From assembly GCA_963682135.1 (NCBI GenBank), contig OY821645.1, positions 1,792,001-1,856,000 of the forward strand: DNA of 64,000 bases. The letters are read 5' to 3'. This stretch comes from Methanothrix sp. (lineage in GTDB: Archaea > Halobacteriota > Methanosarcinia > Methanotrichales > Methanotrichaceae). The notes beneath the pieces are model-generated. The model did not search any database and had not been told where the DNA came from. It saw only the letters and a list, made by a program, of their open reading frames with translations. The position numbers and the translations under genes are program-made. Every line of letters begins with the position of its first letter. Position 1 is the stretch's first letter. Positions 38,274-48,895 of this stretch are shown piece by piece.

Positions 38274-39437
38274 ATGAGAGTTGCCTTTATTGTGCCGCGC
38301 TACGGAGAAGATATCGTTGGCGGAGCAGAATACTATGCGCGAATGGTGGCAGAACACCTAAATGATGAACATACTATTGAGGTTCTTACCACATGTGCCA
38401 GGGATTATCTCACCTGGAAGAACGAATATAAACCCGGCACAGAATCAGTCAACGGTGTGATAGTAAGGCGCTTCAAGACAGATCGAGAAAGGGTACTCTC
38501 AAGGCATACAGAGATAGAACAAAAAGTGTTCTATAATAATGCGCATGGAAAGGATGACGAACTCAGGTGGATTGATGAACAAGGACCGCATTCATCAGGT
38601 TTAATTAAGTATATTAAATCCCAAAAAAATAATTATGATGGCTTTATCTTTTTTACATTCAGGTACTTCCTGAGCTATTACGGCATCATGGAAGTGGGCA
38701 CAAAATCATTAATTGCCCCGTTTGCTGAGAACGATCCGGCACTGAATCTTTCGACAACTCAGGAGATGTTTAATAATGTTGGCGGGATCATATACAGCAC
38801 CCCAGAGGAGAGACAGCTGATTTTAAACAAGGTCGATTTCAAAGACGGTGAGAAATTCTGGGACCTAATAGGCTTCGGTATTGAGATTCATGCTGACTGT
38901 AATGAAGTGGACGAATTAAAAAATGAGAATTATATTATATACCTTGGGAGGATCGACGGCTCTAAAGGGTGCTATACTCTTTTCGAATACTACCAGAAGG
39001 CCGCAAGAGAATTGAGTACTATGCCAAATCTGATTCTGGTGGGCCATAAGGGAATAGATATACCAAAGCATAAAAAGATCAAGAATATTGGCTTTGTATC
39101 AGAGGAAAAGAAGTTCTCATTGCTAATGAATTCGAAATTCCTGATCATGCCTTCCCCTTATGAAAGCCTCTCAATCGTTACCCTGGAAGCCATGGCCTGC
39201 AAAACTCCCGTTCTGGTAAATGGGGAATGCGCGGTCTTAAAGGGACATTGCAAGAGAAGCAATGCGGGATTATGGTACAATGATTATGATGAGTTTATGG
39301 AATGCTCGAGATTACTCGCCTCAAATGACGAGCTTAGGAAACAGATGGGAAGGAATGGGGAGCGATATGTTAATGAAAATTATAACTGGGTGGACCTCAA
39401 AAGGAAATATTCTAATCTACTGGAAAAAATTAAATGA
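38274..39437 (+). CDS. GT4 glycosyltransferase
   Basis: VPRYG..VGGAE, YLGRID..KG and PSPYESLSIVTLEAM. Confidence 0.9.
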   Translation: MRVAFIVPRYGEDIVGGAEYYARMVAEHLNDEHTIEVLTTCARDYLTWKNEYKPGTESVNGVIVRRFKTDRERVLSRHTEIEQKVFYNNAHGKDDELRWIDEQGPHSSGLIKYIKSQKNNYDGFIFFTFRYFLSYYGIMEVGTKSLIAPFAENDPALNLSTTQEMFNNVGGIIYSTPEERQLILNKVDFKDGEKFWDLIGFGIEIHADCNEVDELKNENYIIYLGRIDGSKGCYTLFEYYQKAARELSTMPNLILVGHKGIDIPKHKKIKNIGFVSEEKKFSLLMNSKFLIMPSPYESLSIVTLEAMACKTPVLVNGECAVLKGHCKRSNAGLWYNDYDEFMECSRLLASNDELRKQMGRNGERYVNENYNWVDLKRKYSNLLEKIK

Positions 39438-39657
39438 AAGGGCGACGTACCCTGCAGCAAGCATCAACAGTGCGACGACTTGAAAAGAATCTGTTATCGG
39501 TGGGTAAGTCGTTTGGCATTACGAAGAGTTTATTTATTCGAAATGCCCGATGCTTGCATCGATGTACTCTGCCGTTTGATCCCGGCGTTGGCAATGACTT
39601 AGGTGAAACAATTATCTGCAAAGCCAGAACAACACGCGAAACGAGGGAAGTCATAAG

Positions 39658-41847
39658 ATGAATTGCTCTAATAAATATTATAATATAATAGCAGCTTACG
39701 TTCTTGCTATCACTCTGAGCCTGGCTATTTTGACTTGGATAATGCAACTTTGGAGAGCAGACTTATCTATTCCTTTTTATCAAGACTGGGATGCAAATTT
39801 TTTCCAGATGACAATCAAAGGCATGATGGACAATGGCTGGTACCAATCAAACGTTTTTCTTGGAGCGCCTGAAAGCCAATATCTGTATGATTTCCCCTTT
39901 GCGTCGAACTTAGACATGATATTAATAAAATTAATCTCCCTTTTTGTCTCCACCTATCCATTAATCCTCAATATCTACTTATTGATTACGTTTCCTCTTA
40001 TAACCATCACATCCATGATCTGCTTCAGGCAGTTTAAGATTCCATATTCTCTCTCCATCATGGGAGGAGTGCTTTACACCTTTATGCCATATCACTTTCT
40101 ACGGATTGGAGCTAGCCACCTGAATCTAGTAGGTTATTACATAATACCACTCGTAATCCTGGTCATCCTTTGGATCAACGAAGGCAAATCCCTGATCTTC
40201 TCAAGAATTGATGGCAAAATAACGCTGGACATAATAAATAAAAGATCTTTTGCTTGCATTATTATTTGTATATTAGTTTCAACCTCATGTATTTATTATT
40301 CTTTTTTTACATGTTTCTTGTTGCTGATATCTGGCTTAGTCCTTTTTCTATCTCATAAAGATAGACTCCCATTGCTTATATCTGGCGTGCTTATTGCGAT
40401 AATCGTCATAGGCGTCTTTGTCAACAATGCTCCCACATTGGTATATCAACAGGAATATGGCAAGAACCCGATAGTAGCGGTTCGCAGTCCGGGTGGATCT
40501 GAATATTATGGATTAAAGATTACCAAGCTTCTCTTGCCTCTTGGCGGTCACAGGATACCGCTGCTGGCAGATGTTAGCCAGAGATACGGGAGCACAACGC
40601 TTCTGCCTAATTCGGGTAGTGAGACCTTGGGGGGATTAGGAGCTATCGGTTTCCTGGCCTTGATTCTATGGTCGTTCTCCCGAATAGCAAGTGAATGTGG
40701 GGCTAAATTGAGCGACCGGGAGAAGGATCTGAACGGATTAGGTATCTTGAACCTTTCATCCTTATTGCTAGGTACCCTAGGTGGGTTTGGATCTGTCTTC
40801 GCCTATCTTGTGTCCCCCCAGATAAGAGATTACTCCCGGATCAGTATTTTTATGGCCTTTTTTTCGATATTTGCTCTCCTAATACTATTAGATGCATCTG
40901 CAAATAAGTATGCTAGGAGCAAACGCATCAGGTTCCTTTTCAGGGGGTTACTAGTCATTTTCTTGATTGCAGGTGTAATGGATCAGACCACTGTATATTT
41001 CGTTCCTCCATACAACTCTACAAAAGCTGAATTTGTCAGCGATGGAGATTTTATAAAGACGATCGAAAGGATGATGCCAGAAGGCGCCATGATTTTTCAG
41101 CTTCCTTATGTACCCTTTCCAGAAAACCCTCCTGTCAATAAAATGATTGATTATTCGCATCTTAAAGGATACCTGCACTCGGAAAAGTTGAGATGGAGTT
41201 ATGGAACGATGAAGGGAAGGCCAATGGATGCATGGCAAGGAATGGTAGCAGGCATGCCTGTTGGCGATATGCTCAAGACGCTGTCTGAAACGGGCTTTAA
41301 AGGTATTTATATAGATAGCTATGGCTATCAGGACGGGGGGTCTAAATTGATATCCGATATCATGCAGATCCTCGGTGCCGAGCCCTTAATTAGTGATAAT
41401 AAACGGCTATACTTTTTCGATATGACATTGTACAATAAGAAAATCAAAGCCGAATCATCTAAAAATGGAGAGATCGCTGTAGCATTTAGTTCCGACTGGT
41501 ATGGTATAGAAGACTGGTCCGGCGTCCCAACACGCTGGATGCAAGCTGATGCAACGCTATTTGCATTTTCACCCGAAAATCGTACGACTACCTTGAGCCT
41601 CCAGACACTCAGCTTCTATCTTCCCAGGACACTAGAGATCTACAATGGCGACGATCTGGTAGCACAGGTGGCTGTACCCATAAGTCTCATCAACGTGAGT
41701 AAGCTCATCCACCTGTCGAAAGGAGCAAACACCGTGCGGTTTCACGTACCGGAGGGCTGCGATAGGCCGAACGATATCATAGGGCTAAATAATAAAGATA
41801 CCAGATGTTTGAGCGTAGCCGTGCAGAATCTCAGTGTAGAGGCTTAA
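39658..41847 (+). CDS. Multi-pass membrane protein (probable GT-C sugar transferase) with one C-terminal beta-sandwich domain
   Basis: GWY.SN.FLGAP, YTFMPYHFLR, QIRDYSR and FQLPYVPFPE...WSYG; same C-terminal Cys-pair domain as 1207..3852. Confidence 0.72.
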   Translation: MNCSNKYYNIIAAYVLAITLSLAILTWIMQLWRADLSIPFYQDWDANFFQMTIKGMMDNGWYQSNVFLGAPESQYLYDFPFASNLDMILIKLISLFVSTYPLILNIYLLITFPLITITSMICFRQFKIPYSLSIMGGVLYTFMPYHFLRIGASHLNLVGYYIIPLVILVILWINEGKSLIFSRIDGKITLDIINKRSFACIIICILVSTSCIYYSFFTCFLLLISGLVLFLSHKDRLPLLISGVLIAIIVIGVFVNNAPTLVYQQEYGKNPIVAVRSPGGSEYYGLKITKLLLPLGGHRIPLLADVSQRYGSTTLLPNSGSETLGGLGAIGFLALILWSFSRIASECGAKLSDREKDLNGLGILNLSSLLLGTLGGFGSVFAYLVSPQIRDYSRISIFMAFFSIFALLILLDASANKYARSKRIRFLFRGLLVIFLIAGVMDQTTVYFVPPYNSTKAEFVSDGDFIKTIERMMPEGAMIFQLPYVPFPENPPVNKMIDYSHLKGYLHSEKLRWSYGTMKGRPMDAWQGMVAGMPVGDMLKTLSETGFKGIYIDSYGYQDGGSKLISDIMQILGAEPLISDNKRLYFFDMTLYNKKIKAESSKNGEIAVAFSSDWYGIEDWSGVPTRWMQADATLFAFSPENRTTTLSLQTLSFYLPRTLEIYNGDDLVAQVAVPISLINVSKLIHLSKGANTVRFHVPEGCDRPNDIIGLNNKDTRCLSVAVQNLSVEA

Positions 41848-42056
41848 TTCGTCATGATCAAGTTGATCCCAATGATGCTTGAATAACAAATGCATCATTA
41901 TTTATAAAATCAAGGAGAAAGAAAATACTGGGCAATTCCAGTCCATCCGTGAAGATAAGATGATGACGTTGTTGAATTTTGCAGTGGTGAGAAATTTTGT
42001 TTGGTCGCATGACCATGGTTTCATAAGGCGGACACCACAAAACGTAATAGATTCAT

Positions 42057-43475
42057 TTACTTGTATTTTGGCCTCACTAGGTCATCAAGTAGATGCAATA
42101 GAGCATTCCGCAGGGTTCTACAAAAATTGAATAGCATGGATCCGTCTCGCTCTAAAGGACGAGGTATGCATTGGGCTGCACTTTTAGTTTCTGAGGTACT
42201 AATATTTGCCAATTCTTCTTTGGCTTGATCTATTTGGTTTGTACGATCGAGGTAGAGCGTTCGGTTTTCTCTGAGAATCGTCCTTAATTTAATGACCTTC
42301 GGGTCTAACTCTACATGTTGCGGTAGGTCAAGAGAGTATTGCCTAAATGCATTTTCTAGATAAGTCGCTAAGCTCATTGAATTGCCTTTTGTTACCGGCA
42401 AAAAAAATATTTCGGGGGACCTATAGGTTAGTCTATGATATTCACAGATTGGAGACCAGATTGGATAAATTACATTTGATTGCAGTTCGTCCCGCCAAAA
42501 TGATGTCCATTTAACATCAATACCGAGATACATCAAAATTTTTTTTGATGTTAGATTTATCAACTCTAGTGAAGGATGATTTGAAGAATAAAATAATGGC
42601 TTTTTTTTAATATTCTTCGTAATTTCGTCTAAAATTGAGATATCGCAAAAAAAATCTCTACCTCTAAATTCATGTAAACTTTTTTCCCATTCATTAAAAA
42701 AACCCGCTGATTGAAATAGCTCGAAATCTCGATAAAGATGAATCGCTTGTTCCGGAGAAATCCCCTCCAAAAAAGAAGCAATGCCTATGGCACTATGATA
42801 ATCACCTATTGGAGAATGATACCGATTTCCTGTCTCGCCTACATATATTAGGTCTGGATGGAGACCTGAAAAATAGATATTAGGGATTACAATAAGGGTT
42901 TTAATACGTTTTTTCAATTGTTTTGTCTGCAATTTTCCATAATGATCGGCCAATAAGGGCTGGGTTATTACAATATTGGCTTCTTCTGTTTTTTTTAAGA
43001 TGCATCTATGATTTTCGCTATCTTCCAGCATATCTTCGCGAAAATTCTCTACTTTACATCCACTCATGTGTGAAAGTACACACGCTAACAGATCCGTTTG
43101 GCAGTTCCCCAATATCACAATATTTTTGCCAGAGTTAACACAAACGAATGGCTTCTTTTGATTGTTGATTCTGCACTGTTGGACCAGTGAATTAGCCAAT
43201 ATGTCCAGGTTATTTATTTGTTTCACTAATTCTGCATTGGGTGCCTGTCCGAGAAGTGCGCTCCATGCATATTTTATATATTTGTCATCGATTAATGTAG
43301 TTTGTCGGATTGCCTGGCACTTTTGACTTGAAAATTCAGACGATATCAACATTTCTCCAAAAAGCATTTCAATATTATTTAAGCGATTTATTTTATCTAC
43401 AATCACATCTTCATTTTCTGGGTCTCTGCCAAGGAAAATTTTGTAACTCCAAATGACTTGATCCCGCGAAATCAT
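42057..43475 (-). CDS. WcbI-family polysaccharide biosynthesis protein (putative acetyltransferase)
   Basis: ILGNCQ, ITQP, IPNIYFSGLHPD, DYHS and FYSSNHPS; N-terminal W.YKIFLGRDPE helical module. Confidence 0.75.
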   Translation of the reverse strand: MISRDQVIWSYKIFLGRDPENEDVIVDKINRLNNIEMLFGEMLISSEFSSQKCQAIRQTTLIDDKYIKYAWSALLGQAPNAELVKQINNLDILANSLVQQCRINNQKKPFVCVNSGKNIVILGNCQTDLLACVLSHMSGCKVENFREDMLEDSENHRCILKKTEEANIVITQPLLADHYGKLQTKQLKKRIKTLIVIPNIYFSGLHPDLIYVGETGNRYHSPIGDYHSAIGIASFLEGISPEQAIHLYRDFELFQSAGFFNEWEKSLHEFRGRDFFCDISILDEITKNIKKKPLFYSSNHPSLELINLTSKKILMYLGIDVKWTSFWRDELQSNVIYPIWSPICEYHRLTYRSPEIFFLPVTKGNSMSLATYLENAFRQYSLDLPQHVELDPKVIKLRTILRENRTLYLDRTNQIDQAKEELANISTSETKSAAQCIPRPLERDGSMLFNFCRTLRNALLHLLDDLVRPKYK

Positions 43476-44017
43476 TTATCTATTCACCTTTTTAAATGCA
43501 GTTTATGCGTGCGTGCTACTGAAATTGGAGATTCACGTTGATGCCCACAGAAGGCTTTCGGTCTCCAGGAAAAACTTATATTGGCAGCCAATACGAAAAG
43601 AGTAATTCGGGGATTTGATGGTAGCTTCTGCCTTGATAATGCCCCTATGGATAATGTCCTTGTGGGCTCCGGTAAATCACTGTTCGTTGTCCACATCTCA
43701 TCCCAATTCTTTGTGTGCTGCCAAATATCTCTTCCTCATATACCCATTACCATCTCTCACATGAAATAGTTTTGGGTGCCACCTGTCAAGATAAGGATTA
43801 TTCTATGTGCAAATCTATGTATTGACGAACAAATTAGCCCCTCAACTCATAATTATAATAATTAAAGTAACCTAGCTATGGATGAGGGTTGATTTGCAGG
43901 ATAACAGTACCAGACAAATTATGGAAGATCTGCCACGCTACCTATCGAAGCGCTATTCGAAAAAAGATGGAGAACGGGGTGGAAGATTTCACACCTGCAT
44001 CCAACTACGATCCAAAT

Positions 44018-46441
44018 CTATGGAGCGATTTGATCCGGAACATTATCATGCACTATTCCAATATTCCCACTTACTGTACCAGCATTCTTGTAAATACCTC
44101 CGCCGCTCAGTGTAGCTAGGTTGTTGTCTATTGAACCGCCGTTCAGGATCAACGCATTGTTGTTGAAAATTCCTCCACCCCATGTTGCAGTATTCTGGCT
44201 AATTGAGCCGCTATTTATGTTCGACGTGACCTCGTTGTAAACGCCGCCGCCTGAGTTGGCTGCATTGTAGGCGACAGTTGCCCCATTTAGATTGAGTGTA
44301 GCACCGACAATATTCGCTATGCCTCCTCCAACCCTTACTGCTATATTATGGTCTATTGAGCCACCATTCAAGTTTAAAGTGCTGTGGTCTTGACAGATTC
44401 CCCCGCCATCATTTGCCGCGTTGTTATTGCTTATTGTGCCCCCTAAGAGGTCCATTGCGCCCACCCAATTGTAGACACCACCACCGGAACCTGTTGCAGC
44501 GTTGTAGCTTATGGTGCCTGCAATCATAGTTGTCTTGCCTCCTTGTTCGTTTGCAAGACCTCCTCCAAATTTAGCACGGTTATTGATTATCGAACCGTAA
44601 TTCAAGTTGACTTTTCCGAAAGTGCAAATGCCACCACCATCTTCACCTGCTGTGTTATGGTCTATCAAAGCACCGTTCATATGCAATACACCATAGTTGT
44701 CATAAATGCCACCACCAGAACCTGTCGCAGCATTGTAAGAGATCTGGAAGCCCTCGTTTAGGGTTACTGTGCCGTATTCATTTAAGATTCCGCCACCTAG
44801 GAACGCATTATTATGATCAATGGAGCCGCTGTTCAGATTCAATGTGCCGAGGTTGAAGATTCCACCACCATTTGCTTTTGCGGTGTTGCCGTTTATAGAG
44901 ACGCTATTTAGGTGCAGTATACCACGATCATTGTAGATGCCACCGCCGCCATAGTCAACATCGTTACCCGATATTGTGACACCGTTCAACGTCAGTGTGC
45001 CGGAATTCCAAATGCCTCCACCCCATTGGTCATGGCCGTTTTGCAGTGTCAGGTCAGAGAGTATCACTTCAATACTAGGTCCGAGGGCAAGCACTCGATG
45101 AACCTTATTGCCATCCACCACAGGCTTACCTTTGCCGGTGTCTACGCCCTGAAGGATTATGCTCTTGGCAATGCTCAAGCCTTCAAAATAAGTTCCGCTT
45201 AGCACCTTCACCCTATTGCCGGCGCTCGCTCCATTCACGGCGGATTGAATATCTTTGTAATCGCAAGCAATTGGTCCAACAAGGCTTGTCGGGGGCTGAT
45301 CAATTCCGATTGTGCAGATCCACAGGCTGTTATCTCCCCCGGCCACTGCCACGCGAACTCTGCCGTTTTTATCCCTCTGAGCATTGGGGTCCGATTTTAA
45401 AAATCCGCCTAAATTGTACCAATTGCCATTGGCATTATCCCATAGCCCCCTATCATTTCCTTGGACAAAGGTGTGCATGACTCCGTCGGGATCTATTGCA
45501 GGAGCCGGATTGCCGTTATTCATCAAGTCATATCCCTGCGCTATGTAACCTCCAAGTCCCTGCCATGATGCGGTATTTGTAGTAATATCCAGATCATTGC
45601 GCCACAAGGAACCATCACCGCCTCGCACAAGAGTATAGACATACTTAGTGTCGAACGGATTTATAATTGGTTTCGCATCCGATGTTATAAAACCGCCACG
45701 ATTCTGCCAGATACCATCAACATTATCCCATAGAGTGCCGTCGCTTCCTCTTGCCAGGACATGGAGCTTTCCGTCTGCATCGAAAATCAATTGTGGGTTT
45801 GATGTAATTATTCCACCCAGCGAAGACCATGCACCTGTGGTTATATCCTTAATCCACAAGGAGTCATCTCCACCTTTGACTGCGACCTTCACCTTATTGT
45901 CCGGGGATAAGGCCGCACTGGGATTAGAAGTGATTATGCCACCAAGGTTCGTCCACCCACCATCCAAGACCCTATCCAAAAGAGCACCATCGCTTCCCCT
46001 GACGAGAACATGAATTTTTCCCTGACCATCTTTGACGGCAAAAGGGTCCGAAGCTATAGATCCACCTAACGATTGCCATGTTCCATCAATATTATCCCAT
46101 AGTCCATTGTCGCCTCCTTTCACAAGGGTATGACCTCTACCCTGATTGTCCTTGATCTGAAACGCATTTGAGGCGATATAGCCTCCTGAACCACTCCATC
46201 CCCACGATCCTGAGGTGGGGAAAAAATTCGGCGACTCACTGCAGACGTTGATACTGAGATTGGAAGGGGTTTCGAATGCAATTGCATCCGCAGTGGAATT
46301 GCCTAAGGTCACCGATGATGCACCACCGCCGTCATCTAACTCACAGCAAGCCAACGACAAAAGGAGAAATCCTAACAGAATATAAATAATTATACTATGC
46401 TTGATACGAGACGATACTTTTATCAACATTTTGGCCACCAC
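44018..46441 (-). CDS. Secreted protein: 7-blade lectin-like propeller plus pectin-lyase-like beta-helix (GGGI.N repeats)
   Basis: Signal/lipobox-like N-terminus; seven GxDxxL(W) blades; IQSAVN..G; many N.A..GGGI.N repeats. Confidence 0.85.
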   Translation of the reverse strand: MVAKMLIKVSSRIKHSIIIYILLGFLLLSLACCELDDGGGASSVTLGNSTADAIAFETPSNLSINVCSESPNFFPTSGSWGWSGSGGYIASNAFQIKDNQGRGHTLVKGGDNGLWDNIDGTWQSLGGSIASDPFAVKDGQGKIHVLVRGSDGALLDRVLDGGWTNLGGIITSNPSAALSPDNKVKVAVKGGDDSLWIKDITTGAWSSLGGIITSNPQLIFDADGKLHVLARGSDGTLWDNVDGIWQNRGGFITSDAKPIINPFDTKYVYTLVRGGDGSLWRNDLDITTNTASWQGLGGYIAQGYDLMNNGNPAPAIDPDGVMHTFVQGNDRGLWDNANGNWYNLGGFLKSDPNAQRDKNGRVRVAVAGGDNSLWICTIGIDQPPTSLVGPIACDYKDIQSAVNGASAGNRVKVLSGTYFEGLSIAKSIILQGVDTGKGKPVVDGNKVHRVLALGPSIEVILSDLTLQNGHDQWGGGIWNSGTLTLNGVTISGNDVDYGGGGIYNDRGILHLNSVSINGNTAKANGGGIFNLGTLNLNSGSIDHNNAFLGGGILNEYGTVTLNEGFQISYNAATGSGGGIYDNYGVLHMNGALIDHNTAGEDGGGICTFGKVNLNYGSIINNRAKFGGGLANEQGGKTTMIAGTISYNAATGSGGGVYNWVGAMDLLGGTISNNNAANDGGGICQDHSTLNLNGGSIDHNIAVRVGGGIANIVGATLNLNGATVAYNAANSGGGVYNEVTSNINSGSISQNTATWGGGIFNNNALILNGGSIDNNLATLSGGGIYKNAGTVSGNIGIVHDNVPDQIAP

Positions 46442-46708
46442 CTCGCATAGATGTTTATTAGAAATGATATATATAGTTTATGTAAAAATTTCATAATAAG
46501 AAGTTAAAGGCGGTTAAGTTATGGAAATTGGACTCAAAATAAAGTAAAAATAATACATCAGTTAGTAAAGATCTTAACCTAAAACATTCAAGTTATTTTA
46601 GAGAATTTTGCTTTGATTTTATTATTGTACAAGGCCATATTAAAGAAGCCCTAATTGAAGTAGTCTCCCTAGATTGCAATAATGTGAATTCATGCATTTT
46701 ATTTATAG

Positions 46709-48413
46709 CCCACATCCCGCAGGTATCCCTAATTTTGTGAAACATTTTTATGCTGCCATGATTTCTTAGCCCCAAAGGGATTCGAAGGGGCCAAAATGAA
46801 ACTATCAACTTTGTCGCTTGATCATCTTGGACTAGTTGCAGCAATCTTCGATGCTTTGGGCATTTCTGAATTGATTGATGGATTGATTCCGAAGACTCGC
46901 GAATGCAAGCTGAGCCATTCTGAAATAATAAAGGCCTTGATAATCAACGGTTTAGGTTTCGTTGAGCGAAGGCTGTACATATTTCCAAGCTATTTCGAGA
47001 ATCTTGCGCTGGAACGCCTTTTTCATCCAGGAGTTATTTCAACAGATTTTAATGAAGATGCTGTTGGCAGGACTCTTGATAGAATCAATCGATACGGCTC
47101 GACCATGCTTTTCAATCAGATAGCCATGAAGTGCGTGCGGAAACTATCGATTGGCACTCAGATCTATCATGTCGATACTACAAGTTTCAGCGTCCATGGG
47201 GATTACGAAGGACCGGATTGTCTGCCTGCTATGGAAATAACTCTCGGTCATCCCAAGGACGGTCGATGGGATCTAAAACAATTCGTTATCAGCATGGTAA
47301 CCAACCAATGCGGCATCCCTCTTTTTGTCCAGGCTCATTCTGGAAATAAATCAGATAAGAAAACTGTCATCCAGACAATTCAAGCGTTCAAGTCCAACCT
47401 AGACTTTTCTGAAAAAGGTTACTTTGCCGCAGATAGCGCTTTTTTCAGTTCAGAGAATATCCGCCTCCTAGGTGACGAGACCTTATGGATTACTCATGTC
47501 CCTTCAACTGTTGGCGAAGTCAAGGATTTTCTAAAACGCGATCTTGAGATGAAGACGTGCTCAGATGATCGTTACAGCGTATTTGAGACAGATATAAACT
47601 ATGGCGGAATAGATCAAAAGTGGGTTGTGGTCGATTCCAGGGAAATGCATGCCAGCAAGACAAAGACCTTTGATAAGAGGATGGAAAAAGAGTTCACTGA
47701 AACAAGAAAATCGCTCAAAAAACTGGGAAGAGTGCTCTTCGCGTGCGAAGCCGATGCTAGAAAGGCAGCTGATCGATGGCTATTGGAGAATCCTCATTTT
47801 ATCCTTCAAAATTTGAAAATTAACGCATTCAGCAAACGCAAAGGCTCTAAAAAAGGGCGTCCGAAGAAAGATGAGGAACTTGAAAAAGGCTATCATGTTG
47901 AAGCCGAAGTCATGCTAAATAAGGAAAGCATTGAGAACGAGAGAGCGAGACTGGGCAGGTTTATCCTGGCGAGCAACGATAAAGCACTTGATGGCGAATT
48001 GATGCTAAAATACTACAAAGGCCAGAACGCTGTCGAGAAAGGCTTCCGATTCTTAAAGGACAAAAGCTTTCGGGTAGCGGAAGTCTATCTCAAGAAAGAA
48101 GAACGAATTGAAGCCTTGTCTATGATCATGGCTCTTTCCCTATTGATCTATTCGATTGCCGAATGGATGATCAGACAAAAATTGAAGGAATATAGCGAAA
48201 CCGTGTTGAATCAGCTCGGAAAGCCCACTGCTCGTCCAACTCTAAAATGGATATTCCAGAAATTCAGGAATATCAACGAGGCCATCTTTGAATTCAAGGG
48301 TGCAATTCAGCGAGAGATTATTAATTTAAATGATGAGCAAATTAAAATTATAAAGTTGCTAGGACAGGAATGCGAAAAATACTATGTTTGAAGGGTTACA
48401 TGCGGGATGTGGG
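46709..48413 (+). mobile_element. IS1634-family insertion sequence, complete
   Basis: TIRs CCCACATCCCGCAGGTATCCCT / CCCACATCCCGCATGTAACCCT (20/22); 6-bp TSD TTATAG at 46703-46708 and 48414-48419. Confidence 0.95.
46796..48391 (+). CDS. IS1634-family transposase
   Basis: LDHLGLVA, HVDTTSFSVHG, GHPKDGRWDLKQ, ADSAF and YKGQNAVEKGFRFLK. Confidence 0.95.
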   Translation: MKLSTLSLDHLGLVAAIFDALGISELIDGLIPKTRECKLSHSEIIKALIINGLGFVERRLYIFPSYFENLALERLFHPGVISTDFNEDAVGRTLDRINRYGSTMLFNQIAMKCVRKLSIGTQIYHVDTTSFSVHGDYEGPDCLPAMEITLGHPKDGRWDLKQFVISMVTNQCGIPLFVQAHSGNKSDKKTVIQTIQAFKSNLDFSEKGYFAADSAFFSSENIRLLGDETLWITHVPSTVGEVKDFLKRDLEMKTCSDDRYSVFETDINYGGIDQKWVVVDSREMHASKTKTFDKRMEKEFTETRKSLKKLGRVLFACEADARKAADRWLLENPHFILQNLKINAFSKRKGSKKGRPKKDEELEKGYHVEAEVMLNKESIENERARLGRFILASNDKALDGELMLKYYKGQNAVEKGFRFLKDKSFRVAEVYLKKEERIEALSMIMALSLLIYSIAEWMIRQKLKEYSETVLNQLGKPTARPTLKWIFQKFRNINEAIFEFKGAIQREIINLNDEQIKIIKLLGQECEKYYV

Positions 48414-48505
48414 TTATAGCAAAGCCGACGAAATATATAGATGAAATTGGTAGAATATAGTAGTATATCTATATCAAATAGTTGACTTTCGATCAGCTAA
48501 GGTCC

Positions 48506-48895
48506 TTAACTTCTCACAATTAAAATGCATCCAATCACCACGAGAGCAATTCCTGCCCACCGATAAATAGTGACCATTTCCCCCAGAAAGACAACAGCAA
48601 AGACTGCCGTAACCACATAGGCTAAACTCAATAAGGGATACATTGAACTGACATCCAGCGTAGAAAGCGCCCCTAGCCACAAGAATGCCGAGACCATGTA
48701 TAAAAATAGACCACCCATGACATAATAATTGCCGAAAATCTGCATTACTGTACTCAGATTCAATAGATCGGAGAAGTCATCGATCTGCTGCACCTGTCTC
48801 ATCCCTGCCTTCATGGAAACCTGCCCCAGAGCTCCGAAGACTACGCATATTAAAACCAGGCCGATAGCGAACATATTTGATCCATTTCTTTTCAT
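48506..48895 (-). CDS. Small EamA/SMR (ArnF-like) flippase
   Basis: GQVSMK.G; WLGALSTLDVSSMYPLLSLAYV; FLGE.V. Confidence 0.85.
   Translation of the reverse strand: MKRNGSNMFAIGLVLICVVFGALGQVSMKAGMRQVQQIDDFSDLLNLSTVMQIFGNYYVMGGLFLYMVSAFLWLGALSTLDVSSMYPLLSLAYVVTAVFAVVFLGEMVTIYRWAGIALVVIGCILIVRS

Noticed and set aside
39434-39661. 75-aa ORF overlapping both neighbours by ATGA-type junctions
   Set aside because: No recognisable motif or composition; it could be a decayed gene but cannot be supported.
43484-43769. Short ORFs upstream of the WcbI-like gene
   Set aside because: Multiple stops in all plausible frames and no recognisable family.
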